From: Thraustochytrium aureum
Taxonomy: Eukaryota
NCBI GenBank assembly: GCA_012862495.1
Contig: BLSG01000419.1
Span: forward strand, 220,552-269,993
DNA: 49,442 nucleotides
Reading direction: 5' to 3'
The notes under the pieces are model-generated. The model saw only the letters and a program-made list of their open reading frames with translations. It ran no database searches and was not told the DNA's origin. Positions within the stretch are counted from its first letter, which is position 1. Each line of letters starts with the position of its first letter. The position numbers and the translations under genes are program-made. This document shows positions 32,601 through 43,779 of the stretch, one piece after another.

Positions 32601-35600
32601 CCAACGCCGGGACCCGCGAAAGGGTCAATTTTTGAGAGCGCCTTGTCGGGGGCGCAGTCCCCCGCGNNNNNNNNNNNNNNNNNNNNNNNNNNNNNNNNNN
32701 NNNNNNNNNNNNNNNNNNNNNNNNNNNNNNNNNNNNNNNNNNNNNNNNNNNNNNNNNNNNNNNNNNNNNNNNNNNNNNNNNNNNNNNNNNNNNNNNNNNN
32801 NNNNNNNNNNNNNNNNNNNNNNNNNNNNNNNNNNNNNNNNNNNNNNNNNNNNNNNNNCCGAGGAAATGGTCAAGCGTGTGCGCGACTACGCCTCGTTCGC
32901 GCAGGCCTACACCCCGGAGCTGAACGCCAACCCCGCGCTCGTCTTCCAGTACGCGTCCAACCTGCCGGACAGCAACTCGGCGTCCATCTCGGCAAAGCGG
33001 CTCTGGCAACGCACGCAGGACAAGGGCAAGAAGCGCGCATGGCTGCGTTGGATCAACAAGCCGCAAGAGGCCGGCCCCTGCACGATGACCCTCTGTGGGC
33101 ACACTGCAGCCGTGACCTACTGCGACGTGTCGCGCGACGAGAGCCGTGTTGTCACGGCCTCAGCAGACTGCACTGTGCGCGTCTGGATCGCGCAGACGGG
33201 CGAGAGCCCGCTCGTTCTGGAGGGCCACAAAGACGCGGTGACGTGCGCAACATTCTCGCCGATGAACAGCGACGTTGTTGTGTCCACCGCTCGAGACGGC
33301 ACGGTTCGTGTGTGGATCAAGGGCGTCTGCGCCCGTGTCTTTGAGTACCACGACCGCGTCCCCGTTCTCGCCTGTGCAGTAAGCGAGTGCGGCAACTTTG
33401 TTGCAACAGGCGACCAGAGCGGGCGGCTCATGATCTGGGACATCTTCGCCGACGATGACCCTATCCACGACTTTTCCAACTTTCACGGCGGCATCACGCG
33501 GTGCCAGTTCTCCCAAAGCACAGACTACATTTTCGCTGCTGGGGTCGATCGCACGGTCAGGGCCTGGAATTTGCTGGATGGCAGCCAATACATGTGCAAG
33601 TCCGGCGAAGCGCTTGGCTTTGCGACTACTTTCGCGGACGCACGCGAGAAGCTCATCTACTGCCTGCGGACTTCCTCGATGCGGCTCAAGATTTTTGACG
33701 CCAAGCGCGTGAACAAGTCTCTCTCGCAGCCGTCGCGCCTGTACCCCTCCGACGAGTTCTCGGGGTTGCAAGACGACCTGGACGACCCAAGCATCGTTGA
33801 CGACAACCAGGCACGCCCGGGGTCGATGACTGGCCGGCGCCTCAAAACTGCCCGGAGTGTTGCAAGCTCGAAGACTGGCGGGCCGAGCACTTCGGTCCTC
33901 CAGGTAAGCCGAAGCTTCAGGCAACCTTCTGCGCCAGAGCGCAAGGACGGCAGTGCAAGTACCAAGAACGCGATCGCGGACTCGGGGCACGCTGACGGAT
34001 CTGCCGTGACGCGAAGCCGGCGGCCGAGCCTCTCGATTACAGCAGAGCAAAGCGAAGGCAGCCTCCGGACTGCAGGCAGCACGGAGCCAGCCGAGACGGC
34101 GTGCGGGATCTACAAAGACGTCGGCAGCGCCACAAGCGAGACTGATACCAGCGTGGGAGGGCCGATCCGCCGAATTGACGACGACGACATGGAGACCAAG
34201 GACTTTTACCATGCAGAGGACGAGAACGACGGTGAGGACGAAGACGGGCAGTTTGGCGACGCGAATGGGGACTACGACAGCCAGCCCGAGCAGGACCCGA
34301 ACAAGCCTGTAGTGAACCGCAGAGAGCTCCCGCGCTGCGTGCTCGCTGACCAAGACGCCCACCTTGCGTCTAGCTGCGCGCTGTCCTCAGATCGACGCCT
34401 GGCCGCAGGTCGGGTCGACGGAAGCATCACCATTTTCCACGCCTTGTCCGGCGACAAAATGTGCGAACTGCACGGGCACATCGGGCGAATTAATCACGTC
34501 GCCTACTCGCTCAGCGGCCAGCGTCTAGTCAGCGCGTCCGACGACCACACGGTAAAGATCTGGAACCCGCGGCGGGCTCGCATGAGCAGCAACTCGCCAC
34601 ACAAGACGACCGTTCTGAAGTGCTCGTTCAGCCAGAGCCAACGATGTCTCTCGCTGCTCAGCATCTCGCAGGAGGGCCAAGTCAGCCTCTGGAACGCAAC
34701 GACTGGGTACCGGACTTCGCTAAACGCGCACCAGGACCCGCTTCGGGACGCGCAGTTCACGCGCAGGGGCAAAATGTACGTCACAATAGCTTCGTCCGTG
34801 CGAATCTTCTCCACCTCGGGGGACGGGAGGAGCTGGCTGATTCCGCAAACCAACGTGGGCAAGTGGGATCTCAGCCCATGCGGCAAGCTCTTTGTCTGCG
34901 TCGAGACCGGGGGGTTTGACATTCACGTGTGGAGCATCCACTCCAACCCGATCAAGCGAGTTCGCGTCATGGTCAAAGCGCACACCAAAAAGATCACGCA
35001 CTTGCAGTTTAGCAACGACGGCGCCCTGCTCTACACGGCTGGGAACGACGGGAAGATCAGGGTGTGGGACTCGCTCAAGCTGAGCGCAGAGCTGTTCATT
35101 CCACCTCCGTTCAGCCCGGCCGCGATCGCGATCCGCAAGGAGCGCGAAGCCAAGGGCCTCAGCGCAGAGGAGGCTGCAATCGAGGCCGCGGCCGAGGAGG
35201 AAGGCGCGATCCTCCCGCTACTCGTTCTTCACGACCCGAAGGACCTCGGCTTGGCTTCGTTGATCACCTCCGTGTACGAGTCGCCAAACGGGATGATGCT
35301 CCTCTCGGTGAGCGACTCGCCCGACCTCAAGCTGTGGGATCTTGAACTTGCGCTCGAACAGGCCAAGGCCGGGTCCGCGGCGCATAATGTGAGCGCGCTA
35401 CATGGGCACACGAACCGAATCTCGTGCGCGACCTGGGCGCCTCACGGGCAGTCGCTGGCGTCCGGATCGGTGAATGGGGTGATCCGCATTTGGAACGCGA
35501 GCTCGCTGCTTTGCACGAGGATCATCTCGGCGCACACCTCGTCGGTGGTCGACATCCAGTACATGCCAGACGCGCGCCGTCTCGCCTCCATCTCCTCTGA

Positions 35601-37689
35601 CAAGTCGCTCAGCATCTGGAGTGCGTCCACCGGGGAGCAAATAAACTCGATGATCTTTGGCTCGCCCTTGAACACGCTGGCCGTGAGCTCGACCGGGACG
35701 TTCCTGGCCGTTGGCGACATCAAGGGCGACCTCCGCATTCTGGAAGCCATGAACCCGCTTCCTGGCTCAAACATCAACGAGGAGATCGAGGCGCTGGAGG
35801 GGGAGGAGGATCCAGAGGAGGCAGCGGAGAAGAAGGCCGCTATGTTTGAGACGCAGGAGTTTCCTTTCGTGTGCCCGACGAAGATTCTGCACATCACTGT
35901 CAAGGGCAGCAAAAAGTGGGACCAGCGCTGCCAACTGCATTGCCCATTTTGCACGCGCTCGTTCGCGATCAACGGGAACATGCTGAAGCGCGTTCTCAAG
36001 CAGGAGCACAACAGCACGATGCAGGGCGTGACCTCGGGCGCGCTCCGCGATCTGCGCCTCCTGAGTCGCTGCGTGCACTGCCGCAATGTTTTGCGAATCA
36101 CGCCGTTCCGGCTCGACCGGTCGCTGCTCCTTGAAAAGGTGATGTGGAAAGAGCGCACTTCACGCAAGAAGCTGACGCCCATCTGCAAGAACGACGTTCG
36201 GCGGCTGAAAGACCAGTTTGGGGCCCAGCACTCGCAGAGCGCGACGTTCTACGATCCAAACACGAACGAGAAAATGACCCCGTTCCACTGCAAGTCGCGC
36301 AACAAGATCCCGGGCCTGTCTACCTCGCAAAAGAAGTCGGACAGCGCAGGCAGCGACCACGACTTGATGAGCCGCCACTTGCACGCACTCTCGCTCAAGG
36401 CAAAGTCCAACAAGCGGTACAAGACCTTCCAGCACGTCAGTGTGGCGTCGAGCACGCGGCGCTCGGCCAAGGAGACCGAGGAGGCGAACTTTGTAAAGTC
36501 GTACCGGAAGCGCCAGATGCAAAAGAAGATGGGCGTCTTGCTGTCGAGCAGCGCGGCGTCTGTCTTTCAGTCGACACGCGTGACAACGCCGAACTGGCTG
36601 AGCGCCTTTGCTGCTGTCGAAGAGAATGAAGAGGAGCGGCGTCGCGCTGAGGCTGCGTCGAGCGGGCTCGGACCCCCACCCGGCAGTGGCGAAGGCAAGG
36701 CTTCCCTTCTCCTTAGCTCGGCCGGCTCGGCGTTCTTTACCTCCCAAAACAACCAGCTCTCTGCTCTCGCGAGTAGCAGCGGGCTTGAGGCTTGCTCGGG
36801 CCTGCCGCAGGACACCCTGGCTCGGCTTCAATCGCAGTTCGGGTCACCAGGACGCGGGATGACCTCGTCGGCCCTGAACACCGCGACGCTTTCTGCATGT
36901 GATGACCGATTCATGGAGCGCGAAGGCGCCTTGATCCGGCGGGTGACGACCGCGTCGGGGGGCAAGAAGCGGCTTTCGAATCACAAGGTCGTCAAGTCAA
37001 CGACGGACCTGCTCGACCCGGAGAACATGTACCTCGTTGTGCACGGTCGCCCACGCACTTCGCAGCTGGCGGCCATTCGCGCGATCAACCCAGTGGCCCT
37101 CCAGGTCAGCCCGGATCTGATCCAGTTTGGAATTTTGTGCGAGAACGCCGTTTACCGCTACCCCGTCGAGCTTCTCAACACGAGCGCTTCGCTCGTGCGC
37201 TTTCGCTGTGCGGTGGAGCTGCTCGAGGGCGAAGAGGATGAAGAAGCTGCAGAGCAGCAGTTCCTCAGCGAGGGCCTCCGAAGCACAGCAGCTCCGGTCC
37301 AAACGCCCAAACACGTTGGCGCTAAGAACAGCCTCAGTGCGCGAAGCTCTCGGAGCGCGCGGAGCGTGCGGGGGGAGGATGGCCCAGAGCCGCTTGGGAC
37401 CAACTCGATCTCTGTGATTCAAGCCCCAGAGTCGAACCCGCTGGTGCACGGCCTCCGCGCCACGATCTACATCGAGGTACGTACCTTTCGTCCAGGGAAC
37501 CTCGAGGGCCTGCTCCGGATTTCGACGGACACGGGCCACCTCTTCTCAACGCCAATCCATGCAGTCGTCACTTCGGAAGCTGATTATGCCAGCTCTCAGA
37601 AGAGGGCGCGAGCGATTCTCAAGGAGGACATAACGCACCGCGACGTGATCCTCATGCACTCGTCTCTGAACGAGATTGGGAGCGGCTGA
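29631..37689 (+). CDS. TEP1/NWD-like STAND NTPase: DUF4062 - NACHT - helical region - WD40 repeats - C4 zinc ribbon - Ig/ASH-like domain; one intron, one apparent frameshift, one gap
   Basis: Exon 1 MVRKWQTARVFISSTFRDTHLERD..VFPELR splices to HITEVDLRWGV..CLQEIE..DFFLCIIGSRYGWVP..SITELEI (DUF4062). Frameshift near 30465. Walker A AESGMGKS, Walker B LVIDNLD, FSHRNF, LPYHL, L.DL.FIE. More than 12 WD repeats. CPFC..CVHC at 35941-36081. Beta-rich domain at 37096-37569. Confidence 0.85.
29759..29864 (+). other. Spliceosomal intron (106 nt, GT-AG)
   Basis: GTAAGT donor, GCTGAC branch-like site near 29840, AAG acceptor. Removal restores the conserved DUF4062 sequence QRFL|HITEVDLRWG in frame. Confidence 0.85.
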
Positions 37690-37829
37690 TCGCTAAAAAA
37701 CCAATCTGTTGTAGTTGCTTTTGCCTGCGCGCGAAGACCTGCTGCAGCCCTTTGAGCAGCCGCGCGCGATCTCGCCTCGCAGTCTAAGACCCTGCGCATG
37801 GCGCTGATAAAACACGCAACGCTGAGGCC

Positions 37830-39684
37830 CTAGACCTTGCGCTTGAGCCTGTCAAACTCGGCCTTTGAAACAAAGCCGTCGTTGTCCAAGTCGAGCGACA
37901 CCAGGAGGCTCTCAAGCACCTCGTCGGAAGGACTGCGGCCGAAGACTGCGCCCATGCGCGATTTTAGCTCCGACCGGGTGATGCGCTGGTCCCCGTTCGC
38001 ATCAATGTCCTCGAACTCGCCGAGCTCGGCCCAGATCTGCTTTGCACACCGACGCAAGATGACCTCGAGCGCGGGAATGAAGTTGTCCCCGTCGCGCTTT
38101 TCGCCTGGGCTGCTGGCGTAAAAGTCGACGAGCGGAGTAATGTTGCAGAAGCCCTTGAGGAGGTTGCGCGGGAGCGCCACAAGGTAGTCCTGGTGAGGCT
38201 CGAACGGCTTGCCGTTGATTGCCAAGACGGTGTCGTGGCCACCGCCCGCCGACCCGAGCCCGCAAGCAGGCTCGTCTCCGTAAGGCCCCGAGAGCGTCGG
38301 GTTGCTGATCACAACACCGCTATCTACCTGCAGGAAGCCCCGCTTCTCATTCAGCCAGGGGCCGGAGCGACGCGAGTGGCGTATAGCGGCCTGCAGGACG
38401 TGGCCCCGGTATCATTACAGTCACGAGTTTCGTCGGGAAGGGAAGGACGGTCTGCAGGTCGGCGTAGCTGAGGGTTCCGTCGGCAAAATCTGCTGCGGCC
38501 TTGATCGTCGCCCCGTTGATCATCGCGACGTCCGTCTCGAGCTCCTCTTTGATGTAGTCGCCGAAAATCGCGCCCAGGGCCGTCTGCCGGAACCGCGTCC
38601 CCTTTGCGCTGACCGGTCCCGAGGCACGTATCATAATCTCGCCGTCCAGCTGCTCGACGAGCTGCATGCAGACGTCCACCAGCCGCTCGACCTTCCTATC
38701 CGGGGGGAGCAGCTTGTTCCCTGCGACCTTGTGCACGGTGTACTCCAAACGCAGCGAGGGCCGAGCGCGTGCAGCCGCCTCGGCTGTCGCGGAGGGCGCG
38801 TGGGATGCGTCACCAGTGAGAGTCAGGTCCAAGACGCCGAGGCGGTCGGCGTTCATGCCGGTCTTGACGATCCGCGTCCCTGCGACCACCTCGTCGAAGG
38901 GGGTATGCTCGTGTCCGCCCAGGATCGCGGCCAGGTCGCACGCACTGGCAAGCTCGCGGTCGCGGAGAATCGACTGGTGCGTTAAAGCAACTACGTACGA
39001 GCAGCCGTGCTGAGAGCGGAGCTCGTCGATGAGTGCCGAAGCCGTTTCGATGGGGTCTTGGATCGGGTGGCCTTTGAAGGTCTGGGCACGGAACACAGAC
39101 TTTTCGTTCGTGAGGAGGCCGATCACGCCGACGCGGTGCGGCCCGGCCCGCAGCACGTCAAAGCGCGGGAGATCCACCTGGCAAAAGCTTGGGATGTTGC
39201 TGTTGATCAACTTGCCGTTGCACTCGCGCAGCCTTTCCTCCAGCTGCACGGTCCGCAGGTTTGCCTCGTGGTTACCAAAGCATAGGTGCGTTATTCCCAC
39301 CGCGTTGAAGCACTTCATGAAGCTGAACCCGCTGTCGATTGGCGACAACACGTTCGGCGAGAGAAAGTCGCCGCAAAGTGCTCGAGCCACGGCTGCGTGC
39401 TGCACGCCGTCCCCTTCCCGCACGCGCCGGGCGGCATCCCCGGCAAGCTCCCTCATCAGCGTCGTCAACCTGGCCAGATTCTCCAGCTTGTACACATCGT
39501 TGACGAACATCAACCTGAACAGGGCGCCGTCGCCAGGCGCCATCGGCGGGGCATCCGGCCGGCGATCCACGTCCTCGCCCACGTGCTGCGCCCAGCTCGA
39601 CTCGGCCTGCGAGCCTCCAAAGCAGCTCTTCCCAACCGCCTGCGCGGACCTGGCACAGCGCTTGAGCGGCCTCAGCAGCGCCAT
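37830..39684 (-). CDS. 5'-nucleotidase/metallophosphoesterase with two C-terminal EF-hands; one apparent frameshift
   Basis: Motifs NDVY, GDFLSP, GNHE, THQ, GGHEH; 5'-nucleotidase C-domain (ADLQTVLPFP, GFLQVD); EF loops DANGDQRITRSE and DLDNDGFVSKAE. The frame is joined by deleting one base at C4 38404-38407. Confidence 0.88.
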
Positions 39685-40248
39685 CGCGACTCGCGTCTGC
39701 TGCCATTCTCGCAACGTTTCGGGGCCACAATGGCGGGATGGAGAGCGCGCGGGATGGAGGGGACGGCGTGCGCGGTTGGCCTCGCTCGTCCTGCTCGGTT
39801 GAGGATGGCATCGCGGCCCTTGGTCGCCTGCGTTGAGGGCGCTTTGGCGCTTCGGTGCCTGCTGCCGGGCGCCGTGCGCGCGCGGAGAGGATCGGGCGTC
39901 GAGGTTGAGGCGGCGTGTCCACGATGACAAACGACGTCGAAGATGTCGCGGCCCCTGCGCCGTGCCGTGCTTGGGCTGGTGCTGGGGTAGGTGGAGACTT
40001 CGGCGACTGGTCGGGGGGCCTCGTGGGTGCCGCAAGCCGTCCGCGCGGGGCTCCCCGCGTGGCCGCTTGGTTGCAAGTGGATCCCTCAACCACGACGCGG
40101 TTGCTGCCAGGCGATGGGCGGGATGGGCCAGCGAGGGGGGAAGCTTGTTGCGTTGGCTCGCTCTCAAAAATGTACTCGTCTAGCTAGCATTGAGCAATAG
40201 TGGTTGAGACGCAGGAGACCCAGGCGTGAGACATTGGCACGGCATAGC

Positions 40249-41163
40249 TCAAGTTTTAGCCGTCCGTGGTCGCCTCGGCCGCGCCGCTGAGGGGATGCCT
40301 GGCTTGCGAGACGCAACGCCCATGTTGCTTCTCACAGCTTCGAGCCGGTTGAGTGCATGCTTGGCTTTGGCGATCCGGAGCGCGGCAAGCTCCCGGTCTT
40401 TCGCGGCCTGCCTAAGTCTATGACTCTCCTCCCGCTGTTTCTCAGCTGCTTGGCGGGCGGACGCGCGTTTGTCGTTGGCAGCCATGTTGTCGCACATGTG
40501 GTGCATGCGTCGCAACACCGACTCGAGTTCCCGCCGATGCCGGTCGCCCTCGCGAGCTGCGTGCCGCTCGTTGCACGCGCGCAAATAGTCCAGGCCTGGA
40601 GCCTCCTGGCCCCTAGCTGCTGATGCTGGTGTGCACTGGGAGGACAGCCATTCCCGCCCAGCTCGCGCCTTCTTTTGCCTGGCTTGGTCTTCCTTGACGA
40701 GCTCGTGGCGCGCCCGCCGCGCAATCTGCCCGTCTATCGTGACCAGCCGCTGCTTGGTTCGCGCCGCCGCACCTCGAGCCTGCAGGAGCTGCTCAACGAG
40801 GACCTGTCGCCTCGCGACGCACAGCTCCAGCTTTGCTCTCGCGCGCTTGAGGCGTTTCGAGCCTTTGCAATATTGAGAGGCGTCGACGGCGCGCCTTTGC
40901 CGCGTCTCGATCTCCTTGATTTGCGCTTGAAGCTCGGCGTCGACCTGGGCAATTTCGCTCAGCTTGAGCTTGAGTCGCGCCGCGAGATCGCTGCGTTCGC
41001 TCTCGAGGCACCGCCGCTGAACATCTTCTTGGCTTGACGTCCCGGGGCCTCGAGCGCTCGGGAGCGCCTGGCCATCGTTTTCAGTGTTATTGGTGTCCTC
41101 GCTCGCGCCCCACGCCTCCCGGGCCTTCCTCGGCGATGCCTTGTCAGATGCGTCCAAGCCCAT
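40249..41163 (-). CDS. Hypothetical coiled-coil protein
   Basis: 304-aa ORF from ATG 41163, rich in E/K/R/Q/A heptads; begins MGLDAS. Confidence 0.6.
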   Translation of the reverse strand: MGLDASDKASPRKAREAWGASEDTNNTENDGQALPSARGPGTSSQEDVQRRCLESERSDLAARLKLKLSEIAQVDAELQAQIKEIETRQRRAVDASQYCKGSKRLKRARAKLELCVARRQVLVEQLLQARGAAARTKQRLVTIDGQIARRARHELVKEDQARQKKARAGREWLSSQCTPASAARGQEAPGLDYLRACNERHAAREGDRHRRELESVLRRMHHMCDNMAANDKRASARQAAEKQREESHRLRQAAKDRELAALRIAKAKHALNRLEAVRSNMGVASRKPGIPSAARPRRPRTAKT

Positions 41164-41788
41164 GGTCGGATGGCGCGCGGCTCGCCAGAGCAGCGCGACC
41201 TCGACTCGTTCGCGCCCCGCTCCGACTAGCACAAAGAGTGTCTGCCAACCTACTGAGCAATGAAAGCAGCAGCCATTTCGTCGTTTCGTTTCGTTTTCGC
41301 CACCACTGTAGCCCATCCAACAGCGCTGGTGCCTCACATCAAGCTCGACCAAACCACGAGCAACCAATCCTTCGACGACACAGAGTGCACCACAAACAAA
41401 CGCAAAGCATCGCGCGCAGAGCGAGGCCAGCGCTCTTTGTCGTACATTCCTCCTCCAAACACAACCGTGCAAGCGTGCTGCCACGCAGCACGGAGAGAAA
41501 ATCATGGCAAACACAATCCATCACACCATCAACTGCACCAAACCCAGCCAAGTCAACAGAATCAAACGATGCCAACGAGCTCCGTTTGCAGCAGCAAAGC
41601 AGAGCAGATACATACGCCAAGCGCCCGCGCCGCGCCCAGCCACGTCAATCCTCCTCCTCGTCGCCACCTCAACGGATCTCCGACGAAAAGCTCGCCTTTG
41701 TTCGTCGCCTTCAAAACGAACAAGATGAATGTAGACTTGTTCCGCGTAGTTCTTTAGTTCTTTAGCGTCACAGATCGCTTTGTTCATT

Positions 41789-41878
41789 GCACCACAAGTG
41801 AACAAACAGTCGTTCTTTGCATCACAAGTGAACAAACAGTCGTTCTTTGCACCACAAGTGAACAAACAGTCGTTCTTC
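41789..41878. repeat. 30-bp tandem repeat x3
   Basis: GCA(C/T)CACAAGTGAACAAACAGTCGTTCTT(T/C), three contiguous copies with no spacers. Confidence 0.92.
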
Positions 41879-42633
41879 GGTGCGCGAATCGCTGTTCCTT
41901 TTGTTCTTCCTTTTGGTCGGACATAGAAGACCGCTGCTGCTTGGGACGCGCAGAGCATTCGCGCTAGAGTGGCTTCGCGGGGAGGCGCTCGACGAGGAGC
42001 AGACGCTCTCGCTCGCGGGGCGCGGCCTGGCGGGAGCGCTCTGCCCAGGAGGCTGCGCGGCTTTGGTCGCCGGGTTTCCCTGTCAGTTTTCCTTCTTTTC
42101 AGGGAGGATTTGGCGAGGATTTCGGGTTTTGGCGGGATTCTTGCGCGGGATTCTGCACGTTCTAGTCTGCTCGGGACCGCCGTGTCGCTCGACGAGGAAC
42201 GGACGCTCTCGCTCGCGAGGCCTNNNNNNNNNNNNNNNNNNNNNNNNNNNNNNNNNNNNNNNNNNNNNNNNNNNNNNNNNNNNNNNNNNNNNNNNNNNNN
42301 NNNNNNNNNNNNNNNNNNNNNNNNNNNNNNNNNNNNNNNNNNNNNNNNNNNNNNNNNNNNNNNNNNNNNNNNNNNNNNNNNNNNNNNNNNNNNNNNNNNN
42401 NNNNNNNNNNNNNNNNNNNNNNNNNNNNNNCAGCGGTTGCGTGGCTTGTTGAGGGCCAAGGGCCCGAGTGGGTGGGTCCGGCTGGACAGGTTTTGCGCCA
42501 GCGAGTCGCGTCTGTGGTGACCTGGCCCTTTTGCTGCGGACTGCGCTGTTGGCGAGGTTGCGGTGCTGTGGCCGCGCTCGAGTGATAGGTGGATCACGGT
42601 AGGGATCCGTGGCTCGCCGGTTTGGGGTGCACG

Positions 42634-43617
42634 ATGTTGCTGAAGCTGGCTGTTTTGACCCTGGTAGCTGCCGGCCTCGCCCAGGTACCGCAAGAGGACG
42701 CCGCAGAGAGACGGCAACCTCTCAACGCGCTGGGCCTCGACTTTGAGCTGCTCAGCGGGCACGACGGGTTTGGGGAGCGAGGGAGGCTCGCCCCCGACGT
42801 CGCACAACGCATTTTCCGCGAGGCAGAGGCCGGAATCGCAGAGTCGCAGTACACGGCCGGCCTCCTCAGACTCTATGGGACCGACGGCGTGCGGCAAGAC
42901 CCGCAGAGCGCACTGGCCCTGTTCACTAGCGCCGCCGCACAAGGCCACATCGGAGCTCAAACGAACGCAGCGATTCTTATTTTGCGTGGCGTCGGCACAA
43001 CAGCCCGGCCAGAGTCCGCTGCTCGGTGGTTCCGAGAGGCCGCCGAGCAAAACAACGCTGATGCCCAGTGGATGCTCGGTCGGATGTACTATGACGGACT
43101 TGTCGGCGTCTCACCGAGGGGCCCAGACTTTGCCGCCGCAAAAGAGTGGTTCCAGCGCGCCGCCGACAACGGCAGCGCGAAAGGGTTTTTCAACCTTGGC
43201 CTAATGACCGAGTACGGTCTCGGTGGATTGCGCCAAGACTACGGCGCTGCGCGGCAGGCCTATGACAGGGCTTGGCGCCTAGGCGACAAGGAGTCCGCGT
43301 ACTACCTCGGCATCATGTATTTGTATGGCCGCGGGGTCCAACAGGACATGAAATACGCAGCGCGGCTCATCCGCGAATCCGCGCAAGCAGCCATCCCAGA
43401 GGCGATGGCGACACTCGGCAAGCTCCACACGCATGGCCAGGGCGTGGAGCTCGACTATCGACTGGCAGTCGCATGGTTTGGCAAGGCAGCAGCGGTTGCC
43501 TCAGAAGGGTCGACAGTACAGATCGAGGCCGAGAAGGCCCGCGCCGAGCTGGCAGGCCTGCTGGAGCGCGCGGACAAGCAGATGCTAGACGATGCTAGAG
43601 AATTTTACAAAGTATAG
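42634..43617 (+). CDS. Secreted/ER Sel1-like repeat protein
   Basis: Signal peptide MLLKLAVLTLVAAGLA. About six SEL1 repeats (AQWMLGRMYYDG...A.EWFQRAA; AYYLGIMYLYGRGVQQD...A). Confidence 0.88.
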   Translation: MLLKLAVLTLVAAGLAQVPQEDAAERRQPLNALGLDFELLSGHDGFGERGRLAPDVAQRIFREAEAGIAESQYTAGLLRLYGTDGVRQDPQSALALFTSAAAQGHIGAQTNAAILILRGVGTTARPESAARWFREAAEQNNADAQWMLGRMYYDGLVGVSPRGPDFAAAKEWFQRAADNGSAKGFFNLGLMTEYGLGGLRQDYGAARQAYDRAWRLGDKESAYYLGIMYLYGRGVQQDMKYAARLIRESAQAAIPEAMATLGKLHTHGQGVELDYRLAVAWFGKAAAVASEGSTVQIEAEKARAELAGLLERADKQMLDDAREFYKV

Positions 43618-43779
43618 AGGGCGTGCAAGCCAGAAACGACTCCTCTTCGCATAACAACCAAACCTTTCCATCGCTTCCTGCAGCCGAAGTCCCGCGCTGT
43701 GCCAGGATGCCCTTCTGCGGGCGGTCCTGCCCTTTTGGCTCGCTGTGCTGTGCGAGGGAGCACCAGCGTACAGAATCAG

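Noticed and set aside
29631..37689. Calling this gene TEP1
   Set aside because: The DUF4062-NACHT-WD40 core is TEP1-like, but no TROVE/vWA region is visible and the C-terminal extension differs. Orthology cannot be claimed without a phylogeny.
16309..38407. Seven frameshifts in six conserved genes (16309, 16385, 20324, 22067, 26612, ~30465, 38404) as programmed frameshifting or pseudogenisation
   Set aside because: Each is repaired by a single-base change. Five are one-base excesses in 4-6 nt homopolymers and two are one-base deficits in short runs. There is no shared slippery motif and catalytic residues are intact, which fits pyrosequencing-type assembly error. Raw reads would settle it.
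41789..41878. 30-bp repeats as a CRISPR array
   Set aside because: The units are contiguous with no spacers, there are no cas genes, and the context is eukaryotic.
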